Shown: positions 37,633 to 49,674 of the stretch, piece by piece
Layout of the letters: each line of letters starts with the position of its first letter
How positions within the stretch are numbered: the first letter of the stretch is position 1
Source: Pristiophorus japonicus
Lineage: Eukaryota
DNA: 64,000 bases
Assembly (NCBI RefSeq): GCF_044704955.1
Contig: NC_091995.1
Coordinates: 17,980,001 to 18,044,000 of the forward strand
Reading direction: 5' to 3'
Notes under the pieces: model-generated
Database searches by the model: none
What the model was told of the DNA's origin: nothing
The model's input: the letters and a program-made list of their open reading frames with translations, nothing else
Program-made: the position numbers and the translations under genes

Positions 37633-40140
37633 TTATAATCGAACCATTTCGAGCTGAATCTGTAGGGCGTGCGCCTGTGTCTTTACCCACTTAAATATTA
37701 CCCAAACTCCTATTATGACCAAGGCCAAAGCTATTCCTCCAAACATCGCTGTCTGCTTTACCGTTAGGTTGGGTTTGTGGACTACACCTACCCACCGTGG
37801 GGTACATTGGCTCTATTGCCAGAGGTGATGGTGCTATGGCTGCGCACTGCACTATCCGTCTAGTCCCGTTATCTCTTCCAGCCTGTTTATCTTAGCTTTT
37901 AACTCTTCAATTTGTTTTATTGAATATCTATTTCTTTATTGTATCAGGCAAGTATTATTACATAAGCTAGTTCTGTTTTTATTTTTGTTTCCTCTGTTAG
38001 GTGAGTCTTTTTTTTTTCCCTATTAAGAAATCCAAATTAATAATGTTCAGTATAAAACGGCTGTCAATGGAAAGGGTTAACTCCTTTCCAGGTTTGTAAG
38101 AAGACCTGATGTCATTACGTGACTTCACGTAATCATCTGAAAAAAAAAGTCTTTGTGCCTTCAAAACTGGCTTCGAAATTAGGAATCCGTTAAACAGCAT
38201 AAATCATTAGAGTAAACTCCAATGTTTTCTTAACTTCTAATTCAAGTACTTGCCAAAGAATTTTTTTTTTTTTAAATTGTTTTAAAACAAGACCACACAT
38301 ACAATAGCAATTTTGTTTACTGAAATTCAATTCTGTTTTTTTTTTATTTCTCTCTTTCTCCTCGTTATCTTCAAAACCCTCCTGCTTGTTTAGACTGTTC
38401 GGGACATTTTTGATAAACACTGTCCATTTTGGAAATCTTTTCAAACTGCATTGAAACTTTTTCATAATTTAAAATTCGAATCCATGTAGAGTGTTTTTTT
38501 ACTTATTCCAATTTTTTTTCTCTTCTAATTAAACCAATATCTTTTTCACAGCAAACATCAACTAGTATTTAGTAAGTTATGTCTTTTTCCATTTAGTCCG
38601 TTACATCTTTTTTTTTTCCTTTCTTCAAATTAGGTTTTGTATTTTACACGGAGGGTTCGTAACTCCATAAAGTTGTTAATTTAAAATCATTTGTTTACTT
38701 TCAAAGTGGCGTCTTTATCTTTTTCTTTTTCTCCATAACTGGAATGAAGTCCATCTTTGAGAGTTTGAGTGCTTTTTCGTTATCTCAAAATGCTCCAGTT
38801 TCAAAGTCGTTACTAAAGCTTGCTGTTTTTTTTTTAACATTTTCCAAAAGTTCCTTTTACACCTTCGCAGATAGCTCGCCACTTGCCCAGGAGTTTGACC
38901 TGATCAGATTTAATTTAATCTTTCTCTTTTTTTTTTAAATCCACCTCAGTATTTCCTGTGCCTTCTCTGAATATCTCAAAATCCCAATTCAAACGTTGTA
39001 ATTTCAATCTTTATTTAAAACTTTTTTTTTAGAAGCTCTTTTTTTTTAAAGCATTCTTTATCTCATTCCGAGACTAAATTTATGTCTTTCAACCCAATCA
39101 ATCATTGCATGTTTTCTTTCGGCAAGTAAGTGAGCATGTCAAATAAATATTTTGCTCAACAAACCTATTCTTTATTTGTTTATTTTCCTAGCTCCGTAAC
39201 TTATCATCCGAATAAATCCACACCTGCGTTTCTAACTTAAATGTCTTAAAACTTCCCACATACAGGACAACATTACAAAGGGTTTAAAAAAAAGACTTTC
39301 ACTCTGTTTCTAAAATAAACAGACACTTGCATTCCTCTTCCAACCAGGCTTTCGGAACATGAAAACATAAAAAATTCATTCTGCAGTCAAAAATCACACA
39401 GACACTTCTCACTCAACGATCAGACATTTACAACAGTCTCTCTTCTTGTTTTGGCCGGCTCTATTTTTGGATCCATGACCTTTCAGGGAATTCGTAGTTT
39501 TATCTAAATAATTCCTCACATAACTAATTCCTGAGGATTCGACCCTGCTTTAATCATTTTTTCAATTAGCTTCTTTTGTTTTTCCGCCAGGTGGCGGGTA
39601 AGCGACCCTTCTGGTCCCCACTCGAGTTTACTTGTTTTCATGGCCATTCCTGGGTAGGACTGGTATCGTTAGGAATCTACTCTCAGAGGTCCGCTTTCTT
39701 TCTAGCGCGACTTGTAGTAAACTGTCTCTTGGCTACTGTCAGGTCACAAGTTCTGCTGTTACACAAACTTATACAATTCTTAAAAACGCGTTTAAGCAAT
39801 TCCCGCAGTGCTCTACATATCCTTAACGACTACCTACCACCGCTCAGCCTGTTGGTCCGACCCTGTTCACAGGTTTGGATTCCGTTAGCCGCTGTACACT
39901 GCTTGGTTCTACCCCGGGGTATTTCAAATTACACTACTGGGTCCGGAAGATGTCTCTCGGTATCACGATCCCACGGTCTAAGTGTGTTCCCTACGCCTAC
40001 TTGGTTCCTGGCCGTCACGTGGGACAAAAGTCCTCTTAATTCAGGCTCAGGCTAGGCGTTTGAGATATTAGACCGTCTCCTCATGTCGATCAACCAGCTT
40101 CCACCTTCCGCACCCTTTATACTTAAAAATTGTTTTTTAT

Positions 40141-40149
40141 ACTCACCCG
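40141..40149 (-). promoter_or_regulatory. Major splice donor of the provirus
   Basis: cgg|gtgagt, about 40 nt downstream of the PBS. Confidence 0.7.
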
Positions 40150-40187
40150 GGTTTTTTTTTCCCAAGGGCGTCCAGCGACTCCGGGAA

Positions 40188-40205
40188 ATCCTGCCGACTA
40201 CGCCA
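40188..40205 (-). other. Primer-binding site, tRNA-Ser
   Basis: TGGCGTAGTCGGCAGGAT, complementary to the vertebrate tRNA-Ser 3' end ATCCTGCCGACTACGCCA, 1 nt after the 5' LTR. Confidence 0.9.
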
Positions 40206-40206
40206 T

Positions 40207-40876
40207 TGTTAGCGTTAGTGTTTTCTTAGAAGAATCACTCAACACTCAGGGTCAGTTCCAATGCTGAAGCAGCTTTTATTACGCTCAGCGGGAAGGAAAA
40301 ACTCAGGACCGTATCCAGGTTTCTCTTCACAGAACAAAGAGTTACATGTACCTTTATATGTTTCACAACAGTTACAACACAGTTTACTGCAGCTACACAG
40401 CCCATCACGGCTGGACACAAGCCAATCACAATGATTATAGATTACATATAGGTTATTTTAACCCAATAGAATTCCCCTTATGTCTCAGGAACCATGTGTT
40501 CGTCTTTTGTCAGCTTGGGCTGATTGATATAGGTTCTCTCACTAGTTCTTTCTTCTTGGAGAAATAATTGGTATATAGCCTTGTTTACAGCAAATGGTTT
40601 CCCTCTTATCTTTCTTCCTGAAATAATTGGTTTCATGGCCTTGTTCACAGGAGATGGTTTCCTTCTTATCTCTGTCTTCCCAGGCATTCCTACAGTGGGC
40701 CTCACAGGGTTATTGCTCGGTCAGTGAACGTTCAACAGTTCACAGTTTGACTACCTGATTTCCCATAATGCCTGGGCAGCCATTTTATGTGTGTGTCCAT
40801 TTAAGCTTATGTGAGTTTTAAATATCCAGCAGGTGCCTAATGCCTAAGTCTATATATATTTCTACTCTCTACAACA
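40207..40876 (-). repeat. 5' LTR
   Basis: Repeat of 34610-35279, followed by the PBS on the minus strand. Confidence 0.95.
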
Positions 40877-41990
40877 GGGCAGAACAGAGAACTTGAGGGT
40901 TGGAAAGAGAGGTGCAGAAGAGTGCGAGAGAGAGCTTGCAGGGGGAGAGTGCTTGGGGAGAGAGAGAGAGAGGCAGAGCCTGGGGAGGGGGCGGGGTGGA
41001 GAGAGCGCATGGCGGGGGAGAGACAGAGCTTGGGGTCGGGGGGGTGAGAGAGAGCTTGGGAAGGAGCGAGAGTGAGAACGAGAGCTTGTGGGAGGGAGAG
41101 ATAGAGCTTGGGAATTAGAGAGACAGGGAGCTTCGGGGGCGAGGAGAGAACGTGAGGGAGAGAACTTGGGCGGGGGGGGAAGAGAGCCTGGGGAGGGCGT
41201 GGAGAAAGAGAGAGAGAGAGAGCTTGGGGTGGGGGGAGAGACAGCCTTCGGGCGTGGTGGGAGAGAGAGAGAGCTTTGGGAGTTGGGAGAGAGCATCTGG
41301 GCACGGTGGGGGTGGGAGGGGTGGAGGGAAGAGAGAGCTTGAGGGGGGAGAGAGCTTGCGGGGGGGGAGAGCTTGCGGGGAGAAAGGGAGAGCCTGGGGG
41401 AGTGTTGGTGGTGAGAGCGAGCTTTGGGGGGGAGGGGGAGATAGCATGCAGGGTGAAGAGAGCTAGTGGGGGAGAGAGCCTGGGTGTGGGAGAAGGGAGG
41501 AGAGAGAGAGGGGGCTTGGGGGGGATGAGAGAACTTGGCGGGGGCAGAGAGAGGGAGAGAGAGCTTGGTGGGGAGAGAGAGAGAAAGCTTGGCGGTGGGA
41601 GAGAGAAAGAGCTTGCGGGGGGAGAGAGTTTGGTGGGCAGGGCAAGAGAGAGCTTGGCGGTGGGGCGGGGGGAGAGAGGGAAAGCTTGAGGCGGGAGAGA
41701 GAGAGAGAGAGAGAGCTATTGGCGGGGGGGAGGTGGGGGGAGAGAGAGCTTGGCGGGGAGGGGTGAGAGAGTGAGAGCTTGCAGGGAGAAAAGAGAGAGA
41801 GAGAGAGCTTGGACCTTGGGGGGAGAGAGAGCTTATGGGGGAGACAGAGCTCGGGGTGTGGGAAGAGAGAGCTTGTGGCGGGGGAGAGAGTTCGGAATTT
41901 GGGGAGGAGAGAGGGCTTGGAGGGGGAGAGAGAGCTTGGGGAGGGGGAGAGGAAGCTTGGGCGAGAGAGAGGGAGAGCCTGGGGGGTGGA

Positions 41991-42118
41991 NNNNNNNNNN
42001 NNNNNNNNNNNNNNNNNNNNNNNNNNNNNNNNNNNNNNNNNNNNNNNNNNNNNNNNNNNNNNNNNNNNNNNNNNNNNNNNNNNNNNNNNNNNNNNNNNNN
42101 NNNNNNNNNNNNNNNNNN
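41991..42118. other. Assembly gap (128 N)
   Basis: Run of n. Confidence 1.
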
Positions 42119-42962
42119 AGAGAGTGAAAGAGAGAACGTGGGGGGGGAGCGAGAGAGAGAAAGAGAGAGAGCTTGGGTGTGTGGAGAAAGAGAGTTCTTG
42201 GGGGGCGGAGAGAGACAGCCTCATGGATGGTGGGAGAGAGAGAGAGCTGGTGTTTGGGAGAGAGCTTTGGGGTAAGGGGTTGGAGAGAGAGCTTGAGGGA
42301 GAGAGAGAGAGAGAAAGCATTGGTGGGGGAGAGAGAGAGGAAGCATGGGGGTGGTGGGATAGAGTGTGAGAGAGCTTTGGGGCGGGAGGGGAGAGTTTGG
42401 TGGGGGTCAAGAGGGCTTGGCGGGGAAAGAGAGAGAGAGCTTGGGGAGGAAAAGAGAGAGGGAGCTTGGGGTGGGGGAGAGAGAGAGTTTGCTGCAAGAG
42501 GAGAGAGAGAGCTTGGGGGGAGGGGGAGCGCGGGGGGGTCAGAAGAGAAAGTTGGGGCCAAGGGAGAGAGAGGGGGAGTGATTGGGGGGAGAGTGTGCTT
42601 GGGCGGTGGAGAGAGAGAGAGAACTTGGATGGAGTGTGAGAGAGAACTTGGGGGGATAGAGAGAGCTTGGGGCGGAACAGAGAGCTTGGGGTTGGAGAGA
42701 GAGGTGCAGGGGAGAGAAAGCGAGACTGAGGGAGGAGACAGACAGAGAGCTTGCGGGGGAGAGTGCTTGGTGGGAGAGAAAGAGAGAGAGCTTGGGGGGG
42801 GGATGAGAGAGCGTGGGGGGCGGGGAAGAGGGAGAGAGAGCTTGTGGTGGGGGAGAGAGCTTGCAGGGGGAGAGAAAGAGAGAGAGCTTAGGGGGAGAGA
42901 GAGCTTGGGAGGAGAGACATAGAGAGAACTTGGGGATGGGGAGAGAGAGGGAGCTTGGTGGG

Positions 42963-42996
<34 letters not shown>

Positions 42997-43737
42997 TTAA
43001 GGTGGGGAAGAGAGAACGGGTGGCGGAGAGAAAGTGAGGGTCTGGGGGCGGGGTGTGGAGGTGAGAGAGAGAGCTTGGGGGCAGAGAGAGATTGAGAGCC
43101 GGGGGCGGGCAGTGGGGGAGGCGGGGGGGGGATGAGAGAGCTTGGGGGAGAGGGAGAGAGAAGGAAAGAAATCTTGGGATGGAGAGAGACAGCCTTGGGG
43201 TGGAGAGAGAGAGAGAGAAAGAGAGAGAGCTTGGGGTGGAGAGAGAGAGAGCTTGGGGCGGGGGGGAGAGAGAGCTTTGCGGGCAGAGAGAGAGCTTGGG
43301 GGGTGGAGGAGAGAGGGCTTAGGGGCGAAAAGAAAGAGAGAGAGCTTGGGGGGGAAGAGAGCGAGAGCTTGGGGAGGAGAAAGAGAGCTCAGTGGGAGAT
43401 AGAGAACTTGGGTGGGGGAGAGATAGAGAGATCTTGGGGAGGAGAGAGAGATTATGGGGGGGGAATGTTGAGAGTTCTTGTGGGTGAAGAGAGAGCTTGG
43501 GTAGGGGGAGTGAGAGAGAGAGAGCTTGGCGAGGGAAGAGAGAGCTTGGGGGCGGGGGAGAGGGAGAGAGAGCATGCGGGGTGTGGGGGATGAGAGAGCT
43601 GGGGGGATTGGGTGAGAGAGATTGAGAGAGAGAGAGAGAGCCTGTGGGGTGATGGGAGAGAGAGCTTTGGAAGGGAGTGAGAGAGAGAGCTTTGGAGGGG
43701 GGAGGGAGACCTTAGGGGGATGTGAGCGCTTGGTGGG

Positions 43738-43772
<35 letters not shown>

Positions 43773-44326
43773 TGGGGGGTGGGGAGGGAGGGTGCTGAGA
43801 GAGCTTGGCGGGGGAGAAAGAGACCTTGGGGGGGGAGAGAGAGAGCTTGGGGGAAGAGAGAGCTGGGGGGGCTAAGAGAGAGCGATAGCTTGGGGGGAAG
43901 AGAGAAAGAGCTTGGGGGGGAGAAAGAGAGCTTGGGGGGAGAGAGAGAGCTTGGGTGGGGGAGAGAGAGAGATCTTGGGGGAGGAGAGAGAACTTGGGGG
44001 CAGATGGGGAGGGTGAGTGAGCTTGGGGGTGAAGAGAGAGCTTGGGGGGCAGAGAGAGATAGAGTGAGAGCCGGGAGGGTGCTGGAAAGAGACAGCCTCG
44101 GAGGTGGGGGGAAAGAGAGAGAGCGAGCTTGGCGAGGTGTGAGCGAGAGAGCCTGGGGTTGCGGAAGAGAGTGAGCTTGGGAAGGGGGGGAGAGAGAGAA
44201 TCTGGGGGGCAGAGAGTGATGGGCAGGAGTGAGAGGGAGCCGGGGGGTGAGAGTGCTGTGGGGTAGAATTTGGGGGGAGGGAGAGAGTGGGGGGGAGGGG
44301 GAGAGAGAGAGAGCTTGGGGTGAAGA

Positions 44327-46285
44327 GAAACATAGAAACATAGAAAATAGGTGCAGGACTAGGCCATTCGGCCCTTCGAGCCTGCACCACCATTCAATAA
44401 GGTCATGGCTGATCATTCCCTCAGTACCACTTTCCTGCTTTCTGTCCATATCCCTTGATCCCTTCAGCCGTAAGGGCCATATCTAACTCCCTCTTGAATA
44501 TATCCAATGAACTGGCATCAACAACTCTCTGTGGTAGGGAATTCCACAGGTTAACAACTCTCTGAGTGAAGAAGTTTCTCCTCATTTCAGTCCTAAATGG
44601 CCTACCTCTTATCCTCAGACTGTCCCCTGGTTCTGGACTTCCCCAATATTGGGAACATTCTTCCCACATCGAAACTGTCCAGTCCCGTCAGAATCTTATA
44701 TGTTTCTATGAGATCCCCTCTCATCCATCCAGTGTATAAACTCCAGTGTATAAAGGCCCAGTTGATCCAGTCTCTCCTCATTTGTCAGTCCAGCCATTCC
44801 GGGAATCAGTCTGGTGAAACTTTGCTGCACTCCCTCAATAGCAAGAACGTCCTTCCTCAGATTAGGGGACCAAAGCTGAACACAGTATTCCAGGTGAGGC
44901 CTCAACAAGGCCCTGTACAATTGCAGTAAGACCTCCTGATCCTACACTCAAATCTCCTAGATATGAAGGCCAACATACCATTAGCCTTGTTCACCGCCTG
45001 CTGTACCTAAATGCCAACTTTCAATGGCTGATGAACCATGACACCCAGGTCTCGTTGCACCTTCCCTTTTCCTAATGTGCCGCCATTCAGATAATATTCT
45101 GCCTTCGTGTTTTTGCCCCCAAAATGGATAACCTCACATTTATCCACATTATACTGCATCTGGCTTGCATTTGCCCATGCACCTAACCTGTCCAAGTCAC
45201 CCTGCAGCCTCTTAGCGCCCTCCTCAAAGCTCACACTGCCACCCAGTTTAGTGTCATCTGCAAACTTGGAGATATTACACTCAATTTCTTCATCTAACTC
45301 ATTAATATATGTTGTAAAGAGCTGGGGTCCCAGCACTGAGCCCTGTGGCACTGCCTGCCATTCTGAAAAGGACCCGTTTGTCCTGACTCTCTGCTTCCTG
45401 TCTGCCAACCAGTTCTCTATCCACGTCAGTACATTACCCCCAATACCATGTGCTTTGATTTTGCACACCAATCTCTTGTGTGAGACTTTGTCAAAAGCCT
45501 TTTGAAAGTCCAAATACACCACATCCACCTGTTCTCCCTTGTCCACTCTACTAGTTACATCCTCAAAAAATTCCAGAAGATTTGTCAAGCATGATTTCCC
45601 TTTCATAAATCCATGCTGACTTGACCGATCATGTCACTGCTTTCTAAATGCGCTGCTATTTCATCTTTAATAATTGATTCCAACATTTTCCCCGCTACTG
45701 ATGTCAGGCTAACCGGTCTATAATTGCCCATTTTCTCTCTCCATCCTTTTTAAAAAAGTGGTGTTACATTAGCTATCCTCCAGTCCATAGGAACTGATAT
45801 GGAGTTGATAGACTGTTGGAAAATGATCACCAATGCATCCACTATTTCTAGGGCCACTTCCTTAAGTACTCTGGGATGCAGGCAATCAGGCCCCGGGGAT
45901 TTATCAGCCTTCAATGCCATCAATTTCCCGAACACAATTTCCTACCTAATAAGGATATCCTTCACGTTCTCCTTCTCACTAGACCCTCAGTCCCCTCGTA
46001 TTTCCGGAAGATTACTTGTGTCTTCCTTCGTGAAGACAGAACCAAAATATTTGTTCATCTGGTCTACCGTTTCTTTGTTCCCCATTATAAATTCACCTGA
46101 ATCTGACTGCAAGGGACCTACGTTTGTCTTCACTAATCTTTTTCTCTTCACATATTTATAGAAGCTTTTGCAGGCAGTTTTTATGTTCCCAGCAAGCTTC
46201 CTCTCATATTCTATTTTCCCCCTCTTAATTACACCCTTTGTCTTCCTCTGCTGAATTCTACATTTCTCCCAGTCCTGAGGTTCGC
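44327..46285 (-). mobile_element. CR1 LINE, ~2-kb 3' part including the RT domain
   Basis: KSPGPD..HPRVLKE, YLDFQKAFDKV, VPQGSVLGP, KFADDTKL, (tttctatg)n tail. Confidence 0.95.
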
Positions 46286-47627
46286 TGCTTGGAGGAGGGA
46301 GCTTGGGGGGGAGAGAGAGAGCTTAGCGGGAGGAGAGAGAGAGAAAGCTGTGGGGAAGGGGGGATTATAGAGAGCTGGGGGGGTGAGAGAGAGGGCTTAG
46401 TGGGGGGGGGAGAGAGAGCGAGAGAGAGCTTGGGAGGGATAGAGGGGGGTGGTGAGAGAGAGAGTTTGGAGGGAGAGAGAGAGCTTGGGGGGGAAGAGAG
46501 AGAGCTTGAGGGGATAAGGGAAAGAGCTTGCGGGGTGGGGGGAGAGAGATCTTGGGGATAGAGAGAGAGAGAGCTTGAGAGGGATAGAGAGCTGGGAGGA
46601 GGGAAGAGAGAGTGCTTGGAGGGGGAGAGAGAGTGGTGGGGGAGAGAGAGAGAGCTTGAGGGGGCAAGAGAGGGAGGGCATGGGGGGAATAAAGAGAGAG
46701 AGCTTGGGAGGGATAGAGAGCTGGGCGAGGGAAGAGAGAGAGCTTGGAGGGGGGAGAGAGAGCTTGGGGGGGAAGAGAGCGAGTGCTTGAGGGGGCAAGA
46801 GAGGGAGAGCTTGGGGGGAAGAGAGAGAGAGCTTTGGTGGGGGGGAGAGAGAGAGCTTTTGGGGAGAGAGAGCTTGGGGAGAGAGAATTGGCAGGGGGGA
46901 GAGAGAGAGGGAGCTTGGTGGGAGGTTGTAGAGAGAGAGAAAGAGAGAGCTTTGGTGGGAGAGAAAGAGTGGGTTTGGTTGGGAGGGGGGGGAAAGACAG
47001 CCTGGAGGGTGGAGGCAGAGAGAGAAAAAGAGCTTGGAGCGGGTGAGAGAGAGAGAGAGAGAGAGCTTGATGGGGAGAGACCTTGTGGGGGAGAGAGAGG
47101 GAGCTTGGGGAGGGAAAGAGAGCTGGAGGTGGGTGGGTGGAGAGGCAGCCTGGGGGTTGGGGGGAGAGAGAAAGAGAGAGAGCTTGTGAGGGAGAGAGAG
47201 TTTGGCAGGGGGGCGAGAGAGCAAAGGCCAAAGTCTCCCACAAGTGAAGCTGTTCCTCTGATTTTACATTTTAAAACCCCAGAACAGTACCCCTTACTGC
47301 GTGTCACAGTTCCCTTCTACACAGTCAAGACATCAGTGAAAACGGCTTCTTAACACACGGTTTGGTTCCACAAGACATTAAAAAAAAACACTGCGCACAT
47401 CGCACCATACAGCATTGACAGGTGGTAACACACTACAAAAATAACAACAGCGCACATCGCACAATACATAGTGTGAAACTCTAACCAGAATATACAATAC
47501 ACTTGCTTACAGAACTTTGGTACATTACAAATTTTAGCAGGGAGGAACCATCATCAACGTACATCAATTACACCTCTCCGAGTCGATCTAACACCCCTTG
47601 CCACTGAGCTTGGAGCATCTGGCTCTA

Positions 47628-49500
47628 TCACCTGCAGCTGGTGTAAAACAAGTAGCCTTCAAGCAACAATTGTATGATAACCAATGCATGGGAACAGACG
47701 CAGATCCAGGGAGGAATCTCTACACTCAGACCAATATCCCACCACGGTGGCGAGACAATCCCCTCGATCTCCTCCCCCAGTTCTACTGTCTTTTGCTCTA
47801 AAGTGTAAAAATGTTTCTGGGAGAGCTCAACGGTCTTTACTAACTCAGTGAGGTGTTCCGGCAGAAAAGGGATCAGGTACCCGAAATGTTCCACATAGTC
47901 CTGGAGATGCCTTTACAGTGATGGGAATTGTAGTGAGGATGCTGGTAATGGGCGGGTCACCCCAGCCAGTACCGATATACAGGGTTGAGAATATCGGGGT
48001 AATTCGTGGAGGAGTGCATGTTTGTTTTAAAGTCGAGGGTTCGGGGATGGGAGTAATTCGTTCTTGTGCCACTTGAACCTCAGCCCTGGGTTTGAAACAA
48101 AAGCTGCTGTCACTCACTGGACACCACATGTCCTGGCTGTACCAGTAGTGGAGCGCACATGTGGTGACACAGTATGTTCCACTCCCCATGTATGCTACCT
48201 GTGGAGGTACGTCACCTGGTGCCATCACTTCCATGGTGCAATTGATAGGTTCTGCGCCTGCAGAAGCAAACCCACCTTCTGATCAGGCAAAAGCAGTCAA
48301 GTGCTGGGGACACAGTATTACATGTGCACCCCGGCTCTGGCATCCAGAGAGGTCAGTGCCTGTCATAGCATGCTCCCACTTTATGACATATGGCGGGACC
48401 ACTTTAAAACAAACATGCACTCCTCCACGAATTACCCCGATATTCTCAACCCTGTACACCAGTGCTGGCTGGGGTGACCCACCCATTACCGGTATCCTCA
48501 TTACAATTCCCATCACTGCATGGTTGGACTGCCCACAATTTACAGGCACAGGGTAGGCTTCAGAGGCTAAACGAAGCTGGCACGGGCTCAATGACTTGCT
48601 ATACGGGTGCAGCGCGGCAAGATGCTTGTTGCTTATCCATGAAGGGACGCAGCCTTGCCTCAGGTCCTCCAGGTTGCTGCGGCCCTCGTCCAGCAACCAT
48701 GCTCCATACAACACACACCTCATTCCGCGCAGCCTGCTCCGGGGCGTTCCTGTCCTCCCATATCAAGTTTTAGCATGCCTCTTCAGCTCCGCAATGACCT
48801 CCTTTAAATAAATGGTCATTGCCTGGTCCTCATGAAGCTCTGGACCCACCACTGTATTCCCTTCCCCTAGAATCTTACACAGTTGGTTCCTTAACTCAGT
48901 GATCTGCATCTGGAGTTGTACATCATCCATACTATTAATAATACCTGTTCCAGTACTGAACGCTGTGGCTACATCATTCCAAGTCCTTCTTCTCTGCCTC
49001 CCGGACCGCATACTATTCCCAACATTCAGATCATAAAGCTGTTTATTATCTACATTTCCATAGTCCAGTTCATAAAATTCCTGAAACAATACTTCTAACA
49101 GAGCTTCATAAAGCTTCTCCGTCTTCTTCGGGGACCACACAGGCAGGTGGACTTCAGTCAGGCTCAGGATCACGGATGCCACGGAGTAGTGCACGTTCTG
49201 AAACAAAGCTTTGTCAGTAGGGATTAACACCAACCCATTCCCTTGACCCCTAGTGGTGGTGGGACACCTATCTACAGTCGGCTGTAGCATCGGGGCCCTG
49301 GGCGGGGGCTTCCTGGTGTATGAGATGAGCTCTGTGGCATTGATGGTGTTCGGGGGATTTGGGATCACACAGGAGTCCACACTCTGATCCCAACCAATCC
49401 CACTCCCGGCATCCTGCCATCACCTCCTAAACACGATCGACACACCAGTTGGGCAGATCTTTTCCGACCCCCACATACACACATAAATCCCTTCCTCCAT
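47628..49500 (-). pseudogene. env: Second, diverged env of the same fusion-protein family, fragmented
   Basis: RQRRRTWNDVATAFSTGTGIINSMD vs RVKREIVNDVATVFNTGTSVVNSID; YRVENIGVIR vs YQLENIGVIR; YCVTT..SFCFKP vs YCVST..NFCFTP; PWICVCSHALVIIQLLL vs PWIRIISHTLVGIQLIL. Confidence 0.85.
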
Positions 49501-49674
49501 TTGGGATCTTTCACCAGAAGCGGTGTCCATTACTGATTTACACCCCTTAAACCCACGTCCTGCCGTGGTCACCATAGTTGTAAGCGGTTTTGATCCTAGC
49601 CTAATTGCTAGACGGACGGTTCGAATCGCCCCCGCCTTACGAAAGTTCTAGACCCGGGAATTATTATTCAGAGT

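Larger units (their letters stand above)
34610..40876 (-). mobile_element. Young, non-autonomous, env-only endogenous retrovirus-like provirus (6267 bp)
   Basis: Two 670-bp TG...CA LTRs with no difference seen by eye, TSD GGGCA (34605-34609 and 40877-40881), PBS, PPT and env-like ORF; no gag/pol motifs. Confidence 0.93.
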
